Translations under genes and position numbers: made by a program | The notes under the pieces: generated by a model | What the model saw: only the letters and a program-made list of their open reading frames with translations | Databases searched by the model: none | What the model was told of the DNA's origin: nothing | In this document: positions 39,601 through 52,230 of the stretch, piece by piece | Layout of the letters: every line of letters starts with the position of its first letter | How positions within the stretch are numbered: position 1 is the first letter of the stretch | DNA from: Trichoplax adhaerens | Taxonomy: Eukaryota; Animalia; Placozoa | Length of the DNA: 64,000 nt | Assembly: GCF_000150275.1 (NCBI RefSeq) | Contig: NW_002060951.1 | Coordinates: 638,328-702,327, forward strand | Direction of reading: 5' to 3'

Positions 39601-42600
39601 CTTACTACATAATTTTCAATTTTGGCTATAAGGTTCGATAATTAAAATACAATTGACTTAAATTATACGGAAATTAAAGTGCACATGCTTTATTTTGATA
39701 TAACAGTTTCGAGACAATGTGTTATTACCATTCTCGTTTTAGCAATTATTTCTATACAAAGAACTCAGGGTGGCCATTCTATCGCATCATAATTTATTTT
39801 TTGATCTGTATATATTCATTAACTTTATATTTACTGCTTAAAAAAAGAGTCGATAAATCAGATCGATTAAATGATAAAAATTTTTTCTAAGATTGCAATA
39901 TTGCTCATTGAAAACTATAGGACAATTGGAGTCTCTGTTATTAACAATTCCTCATTTGATAAAGCGAGAGAAACGAACCTACTCTTTTTTCTAGCGATAA
40001 CTTAACAGGAATATTAATATTTCACATTGCCATGGGATCATTATCAAAGAATATTAAAGGGAATAGATGATAAAGACTTTTTATAACGAAATTAGTTCTT
40101 GTACTGTGTTATGATAATATCAAAACAATCATTTAATTGCGCTTATTTTAGCCTTTGTTTCTTGAAGAGAAATAATTATGCTCTAGTTGTCTTAGTTTTC
40201 TTTGCTAAGAAGCATTAACATTGAAAAGGCAGTCCTTTCATAAACATCTCTAAACTTTTACTGGCTGAACTAATGAAATAATAGCTCATGCAAGACTTCA
40301 CAAGAATTTATGTAAACATATTGAACTCAAACTTAAATAATATGGATAACTCTTACACCGTTACAATACCGTAACATCCTGCAATTTACTAAATTGTAAA
40401 TGAATTGACAGCAACCAAAATAAGTTACGACCTCATTCAGCAATGTCATGGGATAATCCGGTGAAATATATAAAGTTTTACGATCTTCTGGTTTTATATT
40501 ATGCAATAGTAGAGCTTTTCATTCAATTATAGAATTATTATTAATGGGTGAGAATCTACAATTAGGATTATTGATTAGATAGATTCACTTTTCTTATGGT
40601 AGATATTCAAAACATGAACTGGTTAGTTCAAACAAAATGACTCCGTATTATGGTCCATTTCTATGCGTAGAAATTAAATTAGATTTTAATAACGTCGTAA
40701 ACCTTTTACATAAATCCTAGAACACCCAATTGCCATCCCATTCTCTGACCAGATGTTATCTACATCATTATAAATAATGTATTTGTATCAATTAATTAAA
40801 TCATTATCCATTTTAAGGATATTGATTTTTATTATGTCAATTTCTTGTAAATAAAATTCACTAGCCTCCAGGCTAGACAAATGGAATATGCTTTCGTTTT
40901 ATAATAATCCCTGACTAAATATAGACTATCTGTACACGTTCATTATTAAATTATCAATCAAATCCTATCAAAACAGTCTTCGTTATTATCAAGGATATTT
41001 GTTATACTTACGTAGAGAGTCAATTACGATGTATAAATAAGTGGTTTATTGATTCGATGTCATTATATAGTATTGCATGAATCTAAAAATAAGAGTATTC
41101 TTAGTAAATAGGCAACAACAAGCCAAATGTTCGTCTTTTAATGGTATTCATAGCCTTTAGCATCTTACAAGAATTAATACATCCATGATTTCCTCAAGAA
41201 GGTACAGTATTGATCATATTAAATTCAGTTTAAATGAAAATATAATTTTTAATAGAGGATTTTTTGCATGGTTAAATGTCTAAATCATTTATGCATCTAA
41301 GATCGGAGTAAAGTAACCTATGTAATAAATAAGCTTTGTTTTTAAAATAAAATGCTGTATCTATGCTCGATTGGTACCCGATAGAACAATTTCTCAGAAC
41401 TTTCAACTTGTCAAAATTGTTATTTACATTTATGCTAAGCAGCCGTATTGAATTGGTAGCGTACTTTTATTACAATGATAATGCGAATTTTTAAACTGCA
41501 GTATCTATATACACTAGTAATTAAATAACGAAATAAGAAAGCAACAATATGATGTAGTTAATGGTTAACCAGATATAAAATGTATGACCTTTTTCCAAAA
41601 AATTTGCAAAATTAAACCAGTAACAATGTAGCATTAATCGCTTACATAGCATTTTACTAGCTCCTACAATATCGATTAGAAAGAGAGAATACTAGTATAT
41701 AGTTTGCATACTGAAAGTAGGATAAAGTATAAAAGGATTAGTTATACGAAGATAGATATATAGTTGATACGGATTAGTACTGCAGTAAATCAATGAACGG
41801 TAATTTTTAAATGCTTTCCTTTGTTTACTAGTAATTAAGATGAGAAGTTTTACTAAGTATCCATATAAATAGAGGCTATATATGACTGTATACAATCACT
41901 TAGAGGCTGGAAATTGAAATGAAATTCCCAAAATAACCGAAATTAGTAATTGAGAAATACTTATGCACTGAAATTTTATTTAAAAAAGTAATTGCCTAAC
42001 TGATGGGTATAAAAAACAAATAATTGGGATACAAATTGAAATGTATAAAGATCAATTTATTTTACTTCTTATTTAAAATAGTCGATTGGTTCAATTTAAG
42101 CTATAGCTACTTTGAAAATGTTCAGTAACACAATTGCTATATGAATTGATTTCACTATGTGCATAAAATTTAGTTCACATGAAATTAAAATTCAGATATA
42201 CAACCCAATCTAACATCGGTCAAGGTGGCAATATTTTTGGTTTAACTACTGTTGGGATTAACTACCAGTTTTACTTGAAAAGCAATGGTGATTTTCGTAT
42301 ACTGTATGTGGATCTGATCATTAACGATGTTATTATTTGAAGGAAACTATATCTATAAAACAGATTAAGATTAAACATTAGCTTGCGTCATAGATAAGTC
42401 TAATTTTTACCTATTTATGCACAATATACTATACGTTTTTCATTTAGCTCTTTCATTAATTAATCAAATTACTGAAATTTTACCGTTATGATAACAGGAA
42501 ACCATCAGCTATTATTTAAACCTATACGGAATCATATTTTATTTATATTATATTACGGGCTTTTTTAAAAGAATCCTTTACTCAAACTTGATTACATTAT

Positions 42601-45542
42601 AATGCGCGACAACATATATTTTGATTGTCATCAAATAATCCTACTAATTGGTCAGGTGTCTTCATGAAATATAAAAATATTTAAATTTAGATTTCTAGCT
42701 TCGATGATGAGATATTACTTTCTAATGAAGTATTCACCTTGAAAGATTAATATAAACCATGGTATAAATTATTGGTGCATTAAAATGGAGTAGTAGTGGA
42801 ATGATAATCATCAGTATACTTCTGTATATTAATAAGAATTGCTCAACAAAATGAGTCATAACCTAACGTTACCGGTTTGCCATTTAGGGTATCGTAATAG
42901 TAATACTCCATTCTTTATAAGATTGTAATAATTAGCAATAATAGCCCGTGTTAAACGCAATACATTTCAGCATCGTTTAAATTATAGTAATATAGCAATA
43001 AAAGTTTCTGAATACCACAATCAGCTTTTAAAAATTTTTTCTGATCTTTAAACCTGGATCAAATACCTATCGATCAGATTTAGTGTGCTTCTGAATTTCT
43101 ATATCCGGTCTAAAGAAGAATAAGATTTTTAGCAGAATTAGAAAATACTCATTAAATAAAACTAGTTACATTTTGGGGAAACAAGACCAGTATAATGTTC
43201 ATTATTCTTTGAATAACATAAACAGAAGCGAGTTATAGAGTGAAATTATAAGGATAATACATAATCTTTTCAGCACCGAGCTATACATACAGTACTGCAT
43301 ATGCTAGCTAGCCTGACATTTGTGCTCACTAAAATCATCCGTAAATAATATTAACAAGATGGTGTGTGCCATAAAATTTACTGACTGTAGCATGCTAGAT
43401 CTGACAAATAATAATCTATGCAACCATTGCAGTATTTAAAGTATAATACCTATTCCTGATCAATATATCGTAAGTACTACGACAGAAGTAATGGTTTTGA
43501 TGAAAATAATTTACTATTATTTTAACGAAAACCTTAGAATCATTCAATTCAGTACTACCGTAATATACGTGTACTATGTAGTTTTGGGGTATGAAGTCTT
43601 AATTATTATGCCATCTATTAACGGGATAATTCATTAAATAACATATTGATATATCAAATAATAGATGATGTAGAAGGTTATTAAGTCACTGTAGTCGTGC
43701 GATTTTCATCTAATATAGCTGTTGAAAAACCTCCACTAATCTATTGAGATCGCCTCAGTGAGTCAATATCAGTAAATTTTTAATTTTGAATGCATCTATT
43801 GAAAAATTATCAATTTGGCTTAACTACTGTACACTAAATATTTCCCGCTATCCTTGGCATTACCAAAATCACCGTTGGGTTATAAAAATTTATAATAAGA
43901 CTCGTAGATCGGCCCATATTATCCTATTAAATTTATTTAGAAAAGTTAAATATTGCCATGGAGTAGCAAGAGCTGAAACTAATCCAAAACTCATTGTCAC
44001 AATCATATGTTGCGAACTACTACACTAAACTAATAGATTGCTTATGCCTTGCTCCACTACACCTGGAGATCTACTGTATGGTAGTTCTATACTACTTACG
44101 GTCACACAAGTAACGAGATCAAAAGTAATCAAGACTCTTTGACCTTCCTAGGACAATTATCTTAGCCAATATAGCCCTTGTATACGGTAGGGTACTATCC
44201 ATTTTATGAACTAAACACAAATACCTAACTTAAGTCAATTACTCTATATAAAGAATAATATCTAAATCATGATAATTAATTCCCGCAGGTCATTGCATCA
44301 GTAATAAATGCCATAATGCAACATGAACTTGATAATCATATTTAGAGGACAGCGTTAGAAAATAATTCTTTGTTACAGAGTTATTTCCGTAGCCATTTTT
44401 AGTCATACTAAAAATAAAAGTGTATAAGCTTACAACAGTTTATTTTCTGTTCGTTACAATTAGCTTAATTTGCGACGATTATTCATTTTTTGAATTAACT
44501 TTGATTCAATAAGGAAAGCAATCTTAAATTAGTCCTATAGTATCCAAACTCTAATTCCATAGGAGAAGAGAGTGTGTACATGCATGGTTCATAACCTATA
44601 CGTGATAAGCAAGAACGCGTAGTAAAGCAAGGATTGAAAAAATGTATCTGAAGAAAAAATAGCACAATCATTTGCCAATATAAGAGAGTCTGTGAATTGC
44701 TTTTTATTATTTTTATATGAGCGTTGAATAGTCTTAGTCGATCAGTCTCTAATCTATTGTCATTTTTGGGAACAACAATCGAACTATGCTACAAGCATAA
44801 AGCGATAATATGTTGTAAATACTCGTAAAGTCATTACATGGTATTTATTACAACATATTTCGGTTATGCATCGAATATATTTCATAACCAACACGATTCA
44901 CCAGGATTATCCTTCGAAATCGTTGCATAATTTTGGAATAATAGCAGCAAAGTATTAACTAAATTTCATCGGATTATTTCAATCATTAGGCAAACGTTAT
45001 AAAATACAGTGCCAATCATATTATAAGACGCCCCTTTTCAAAAAAGCCAACGAACACTTTAGATAAGAGGTTAATAAGTGTAGTATGAATAGGCAAACCG
45101 AGGAGGGAAGAAAAATTCCAGGAAATTTACCTCATACTAAATAATTATTGTTATTCTTTATTCGCCTACCATTGATATCATTATATAATGATCATTCAAT
45201 TTTTTGAAACGCTATTATATCATAATTCGTAAATATGTTAAACCAAACAGGAAAGATTACTTCCAGTGACTGGATATGATTAACAAAGATCTATTTATGA
45301 TATTGTTTATTCTAAATTGCTATTATTGATCAATTGTATTCTAGCTAGCAACGGCTTTAAAGGAAAGTAGATTTGTCCTGACAAAATGACAAATCTTGAC
45401 AGTAGCTTTTCTAAGGTAAACAACCTGACAGCAGTAAGTCTTCAACTGAGATTTACAACAGGAATTAGCTACGAGCCTTATGTGTAGTTTGTTCTCTTCG
45501 ACAATTGCCTTCAGCGCCAAATCCAATAATAATATGATATGT

Positions 45543-45850
45543 TACTACTTAAAGGATGTAAAACGAATAAATTGTGACTTGGGGGAATGCTACATCTTCG
45601 TTTCTTATCTCTGTGAGTTTTCAGCTTTTACATAATTAAAAGTCAATTAAGACAGTTTGCTATCTATCCAAGGCTTGCCATAGATATTTAGTTATACGCT
45701 ATTACAGTAATCTGCTTAGTCTTATAGCTGAATTAAGTATCTTGTTTGAACAAGACATCTTACTACTCGAAAGGAGTAAACGAATAAATAGCGAATTGGG
45801 GTAATACTGTATCTTAGTTTCTTGTTCCTGAGAGTTTTCGCTGCTGCATA
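45543..45850. repeat. Diverged direct repeat pair (~90 bp; copies at ~45543-45634 and ~45761-45850)
   Basis: TACTACT..AAAGGA.GTAAA(A)CGAATAAAT.G.GA.TTGGGG.AAT.CT..ATCTT.GTTTCTT...CTG.GAGTTTTC is present twice. Confidence 0.75.
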
Positions 45851-45974
45851 GTCTTGGCCAGCGTGCATTAGAGACTAAATCCTTTTAGGGTCTCTAGTAT
45901 ATTATGTCTCTATAAAGACCTTACAAATATACAAAACTTAATCTTAGCGTATATTATTGATTCCTAAAAGGGGC

Positions 45975-47194
45975 TGTAGGAAAACTGGATTATGTTGAGG
46001 ATCCGGGTAAATAAGATAGTAAATTAGCTATGTTAGATACACCCTATTACCGAAGACGAAAAAGGAAGTACGCGCATTTCTGGGAATGGTCAGTTACTAT
46101 AGGAAGTTTATGCCGGACTATATACCTAACTAGCGGCACCATTGATAGAATTAATCTAGAAAGGAAAGCCAACGAAAATAGACTTAGGGACTTCAGAGAT
46201 GGAAAGTTTTCAACAGATGAAAAGGGCACTGATCCGAAAGCCGAGGTGAGGCTAATGACACCGAACCGACAATTTATACTACAGACACCAGCAGGAAATT
46301 AACGAAGTCCGAGAGAAACTACTCTACTATAGAGAAAGAATGCTTAGCGATAGTACATGCGGTAAGGTATTTTTACATTTATTTAGATGGTAGAGAATTT
46401 TTGTTACAAACATATCACCTGCCGCTGCTGTGGCTTATGAAAATGCGAAATTTCAATCAACGATTGAGGCGATGGGCAATGTACCTGATTCAATTTAGAA
46501 TGAAAATACAGCACAAAGGCGGCCGCGACCGCACAAATGTGGATGCACTATCCCGTTTGCCTATGGGGCGAAGATTCATTAATTTTATTTTAAAGGGGGC
46601 CTGCCTGCAGACCGGAAATAAGAAATAGAATTGTAATATCATTTCATTAGATTAAAATTTTAGAGGGGGCGTATGTAGGAAAACTAGATTACGTTAGGCC
46701 CCGGGTAAATAAGATAGTAGATTAGCGGTGTTAGATATACCTTGTACATACTTAATGCTGATGTCATATGTAAGTTACTATGTTAATAATATAATCGAGA
46801 ACAGAATCGGCCAACATTCTGGTAATATCTCAATCCATAGTGAACTGTTTACTCGGTGTGATATCGGCCAGATTTTCAATTATTCCTTCTTGGCGTACAC
46901 TAACCCTGTATTTGGAATTATATTCAGTAATTTACGATTTCATTTTGTTACTAGTCAGCTGCTCAACCAATTTTGGAAAGATCAATGAATTTGCCAGTTA
47001 GCTAATTTCAGAAATGAAGAGAAATGCGAGAAAATCCCCTTCTCTAGTCTATACAATATGGAGCTGTGGAAGCCTCGGATTGCAATGAAGTTCACCTCTA
47101 ATTTTATCTGAATTGATTCACTGGTAGATATATATACGTATATAATAGAATATAAATAATATAATAAGTCTGGCAGGTAAAAGATTCTACTACA
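45975..47194 (+). mobile_element. Deleted Ty3/Gypsy LTR retrotransposon remnant (LTR stub, pol fragments, PPT, 3' LTR)
   Basis: The LTR start TGTAGGAAAACT(G/A)GATTA...CCGGGTAAATAAGATAGTA occurs at 45975 (~70 bp retained) and at 46674, where it follows the PPT TTTTAGAGGGGGCGTA. An RNase H fragment lies between them. The right end (...CTACTACA at 47194) is tentative and no TSD was found. Confidence 0.8.
46250..46628 (+). pseudogene. Ty3/Gypsy pol RNase H domain fragment, inactivated
   Basis: In frame from 46290: SRKLTKSERNYSTIEKECLAIVHAVRYFYIYLDGREFLLQTYHLPLLWLMKMRNFNQRLRRWAMYLIQFRMKIQHKGGRDRTNVDALSRLP. 'LMTPNRQFILQT' lies upstream in another frame. The catalytic DAS segment is deleted and TDH has become TYH. 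Confidence 0.92.
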
Positions 47195-50100
47195 GATCAC
47201 CTGCTGCTATGAGGATCATCTGTCTATCTAGATATAATGTATTCTCTAAAAGGACAGCGAAGCTAACTATACGCCTGATTTGTGTACGATCTAGGAATGG
47301 CTGTAATATTTATCCTATCGCTTAAGTTATTTACTAATTTTATATATTTTATCCTATTAATGATCTTAGACTAAGTAATTATAGAGTCTTGTCTGCGATA
47401 TTTTGGTTGAGTTGTCGTTCTGTTATTGGCTAACGATGCCTAAACCTGTTCAGTTCGTGTGCATGTTCAGTAAATATAAATAGTAATATATGGCATACTT
47501 AGAGAAGATATGGAGTGGAAGTACTGAATAAAAGTTGAAAACTGTGGTCTCTTTGCCGTGCGATATCCCCGTTACAAATCTCGATTTGTAACACTACTAT
47601 ATCGGAAAAATTTCTCAATCGGCACATTATACGAGATTTAAATCAACGTGTTTAACTACTATAAGCAATTATATCTTATACTCATACATGGTTATTTTTG
47701 CTAACTTAAATTTGCATATCAAATCTTGCTTGTACAAACACGTCGATAACAATAATAAGAGCTTTAATTTTTCTAGTATGTGATTGCACCCTATCCATTG
47801 GAATGAAGATTTCACGTCATAGGAAGAGTTGAAACTGCTAAGATAGACGAATTATCGAATTCAACTTTACTGCAATAATTCCATATAAATCATATAAGGC
47901 ACAATCATAATATCTACTGCAATAATTAAGAGATAAAGTCGCATTTGTGCATTATTTTTACTCCAAAATGGCACTTTATATTGCTGCTATCCATAGCCTA
48001 TATCAAAGAAGCTCTAATATAGCATTAGTACTAATAGTATAAATGCACTATTTTATCACACCAGCCGCAATCTACAATTATTTTATTAGGAATAAACGAC
48101 TACTCTTCATCACACAGTTAATCATTGCATAAAATGACCATACTTTCAAAGCACAGAACTATTGTAACTAGCTAAAATCACTAAAGTGCATTATAAATAG
48201 CTTACTGACGTTTTTATCATAGTAAAAAACGATAATAATGTACGATATTCCGAAAAAAACTTCATGCCTTAAATGTAATTTTCCTTATTAGTGAGCCTTA
48301 GAAAGATTAAAGTAGGTAACTTTTTCCCGGATTTGCAATGGTGATTATGAAAAGTGCCTCAGCTTTACCGTTCGCACATATTCTTACTCAATTCCTAGTC
48401 GTATTTAATTTGTAACCTGCTCAAAATTAAAAATGCAATTCTTACTACCATATAATTAGGTAAAGCAAAGTTAAAAGTTATTGATATTTTTATGTACGGC
48501 CTTACTTTATTAGAAAGCATCGAAATTCGCATTATTTCCTTGCAACATAGAACACAAAGAGTTGTTTCTCGAACAGTAATAGTTATAACAGCAGTTTATC
48601 TTGCAAATATTTTATTGTACAGTTAAATTGAATGAAAACGATTCTTTCAAGTTTTTGCCATATTTTGTAATAGTAAAAGACTGTTACTTGGTCATTACAT
48701 TTGATCCGGATTGATTACCGGTAGATAATATTCCTTTTAATTTTATTACTACAACCTGCAATTATAATGCATTTCAAAGAGGTTCATTTTTACTTAGATT
48801 GAAAACTTTTGGCAATTAAACTGTTCTGTCTTTAGTTAATGTTATTTGCTATTCATCAATAGCAGTAGCCTGGCAATATGCTAATATTCTGGAATAATAT
48901 ATTATGAAAGACATAAATTGTTTACGAATGAATACATTTAATCTTATGCTACAATATAAATATTCCTTGAACAAATTGATAGAAGTTCTTTATGATTTCA
49001 TAATTGCCAAGACGATACCAGTATTTTTTCAATAGCTGGATTACTAACATTATTAAAGATCAGAAATCTTCAAATTACTTTTATATTCATAAAATACGGT
49101 ATATGTTATAATTAGTATATAAAATGTTTTAATCTAAGCTGATAACGCTTAACTATAATTGAGAAAGCGATAAGGATAATGATTTTAATTATAATATTAA
49201 AGACAGTTCTTGATACATCTTGGTTCTAATGTACTCCTAAATGTAGCCTACTATTAAGAAATCGTGGTCAATTAAATATATGGAAAAATTTCATCGTATT
49301 ACCCAAGCTGACTTCTAATTTAACGTTTACTTTTCATTTAATCCCATCTTGATTGAACCGTAATTGTATTTATTAAAAGAGATCATAATTACATCGGAAC
49401 CATTATGTCCCTCAATACTTATCATATTTTTGGGCATTAATTATTCATAATTTAAAGTCTGGACTACGGCATGAAAATATTTCTTTTACATGTATTTATC
49501 AGCTACAGAGTGTTTACTGGGGTAATAACAGACGGACTCCTTATTTTCTGAGCCAAAGCATGTTACAATTATTATATCCTTTAATACCACGTAACAGAAA
49601 AATACTTTTACCGACCCAATTCGCTATAACCACACGGTAAACCTACTTAAAATATTAACAGTAATTAAAGAAAATATATGTAAAATAGTATCATTAATTA
49701 TTAATTCTTAGAAAATTTTGTGTTTCTCATAGCAGCCTTATCTATTCGAATATAGTTGAGATCATAACAGTTATCAAAAGTACAGAAAAAAGAATTAAGT
49801 TACTAAATTAGATATATGATATATAATATATAGACTCCAAGTTTAATTCTAAATTTTACCTGTGGTGATCAAAAAGATACGATTTCGCTATCCTAATGCT
49901 ATACTGCAATCAGGTAATGGTAATTATTAGTTTTATATCTTCATAATATATATAAAAACCAAACATTCGAATTCCGGTAATATTTAAAGTTAGAATAGTT
50001 ATTGAGGATAAGCGTAGCTAATCCAAGAATAGTAAAGCAGAATGTATGCTTTAAAGCTACTGCTCCACGGAAAAGGAGTATTAATCGGTTCTGTATAAAA

Positions 50101-50711
50101 ATTTAATAGGAAAGCTAGTTCCTATAGCAAAAAGATTTATTGTAGCAGCTTAATGCAGGTGCATCGATCAAAAATTATACCCGTGCAAATTGCTTCATCT
50201 GAGCAGCGAAAAATTCTCACCCTACCTTCATCTACGAGATGAAAAATTCTTAGAATTATCAGGAAAAATACTATGGAAATCAAGTTGGGTATTTACTTAT
50301 TCATTAAACAAAATTGACGCCAAAATACGCCCAGAAGTTTAAATAGATACCTTATAGAAAGATATAAATCACATTATATATTCATTAATGCGCTAGTAAT
50401 TTACATCCAACAATGCTAAGCATTTGTTGACAACTTTAAAATCAGATCTATAAATGGATGTCATCACCTAGATTCAAAATCGAATGTTACTAGCAACACA
50501 TAACGTACTGATTTACCAATGAAATAAGACAATAAATTTAGAAGAATCTTAACAATTTAATAAAGCAATAAAGCCTATTTCTAATATATCCAAAATTAAT
50601 TTCTCAGAAGGATATCTTTGAAATGTGAAATGGTCTTAATGTATGCAGAAAACTAAAATAAATGTGACAGTTCATATCCAAAAAGGAATCAGAGGTAATT
50701 TAATATCTTAA

Positions 50712-51154
50712 TGTCACGGTACGAACTACCGTGAAGGAATAGATATCTAAATTTTGTTAATATAATATAGTGATATTATATTACAACTAGTTACTTACAA
50801 TAGGAATTACTCTAATTATAAATATGTTTCAGTAAATTTAATGCTGTGCTGTAATGTGCACTGAAATGATTCTGTAAATGGACATATTGTAGTCCGACTG
50901 TGAAAAATTAGTTAGGTAGATGTTCTCACCCAAGTATTTTTATAAGATAACTCGTGAATGTTAGCTGTTGTAGAAGGGTATATAAGCCCGTCAGATAATT
51001 GAATAAAGTAGTTCTCAATTGTCTAGTTGAGTTTAACGTAGAATCAAAGGCGTCTAAATTCTTGTGAGATAGTTAAGGGATACTGAATCCCGGAGACTAT
51101 AGTAATTTAGAGATTTGTTTTACGTTATCCTTGTCACGAAGCTGGTTTGTGGCA
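50712..51154 (+). mobile_element. Solo LTR, 443 bp, TSD CTTAA/CCTAA; 3' part related to family A
   Basis: TGTCAC...GTGGCA termini with flanks matching 4/5. AATAAA at 51002. GTTTAACGTA.AAT...AGGCGTCTAA and the terminal CGTTATC.TTGT...AAGCTG.TTTGTG.CA match 15030-15213. Confidence 0.75.
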
Positions 51155-51578
51155 CCTAAGTTCTCAATCTATTTATTAGATAACATTGAAGATAGGATCA
51201 ACTGAAATTTATGTATGGCAAAAGAAATCCCATCCGCTTTACTAGAAATAATATTGGAAGTAGATAATATGTAAACATGCTATTAATGATTCGGACAGCT
51301 TACAGTAAGTTATTGTCTAAGTAATGCGTTAAACCTTCTACATATTATGAAAGTAGGTGAGGCATACGTAAGCAAGGAAAGGTTATGATTAATCGAAGAT
51401 CAGTCGACCATCACGAGGTCTTAACATAATTACTGCAGCATCCTGTATTCAATTATTTCCTTGCTATATTCTTAAATCGTTTCAAATCATTGCAATTCCT
51501 AATTCAGTGCTGCCGTTACTTTATATCAAATATAATCGTATCAATTAGTGTATGAATGCCATTGTTAAAAATCTTCTT

Positions 51579-52230
51579 TGTAACAAGAAACCGGATCATA
51601 AACACTATCTTCACTAGTACTCGTGTTCCCAACTAACTTAGGGACCTATCGTAGTTCAACTAACTCTCAGCTACACAAATAAGCTACTAATGAGTAATAG
51701 GTTTAAATACTTCACTTTATTTTCGTTAAACTTAGTCGTAAAATGTACTAAAGAAAAAAGTAAGAATATTCTTAGCAATAATAGTAAAAAGATCTTGCAA
51801 GTGACTAACTGGAACTGAGCAGCTAAGCCAGTGCTCGGCTTTTTATAGTCTCGGCCAACGCCGATGGTGCACTTGTGAATATTCTTGACATAGCGACTTA
51901 CACTGTAAAGTATACATATCCTAGTATAGTATTAAAATAATCAATACTTATCAATAGTTTAAGAGATACATATAAAGCTATCCTACTAAGATATTTCTTC
52001 TAAACTTAGGAATTGTACTTTGAACCTTAACAACTTTGGAGGTGATAGATATAATCCAGTTTAGCAGATCGGCAATTACTGTTTTAGTCTATCTAATCCT
52101 AAATTAAGGATATCAACTGTTAATCACTAAAATTACAATTAAGGAGACCGTAAAATATTTCTGAGATATAAACGTATATAGAACGTAACATAGAAATAAA
52201 GTATATGTCTCGAAGATTACTTTCGTGACA
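51579..52230 (-). mobile_element. LTR-like element, ~652 bp; 5' half is family B
   Basis: On the minus strand it starts TGTCACGAAAGTAATC, has TATAAAAAG (~51845) and AATAAA (~51720), and ends TGTTACA. ~51930-52230 aligns with 6738-7040. The flanks (TTCTT vs ATTAT) do not form a TSD. Confidence 0.7.
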
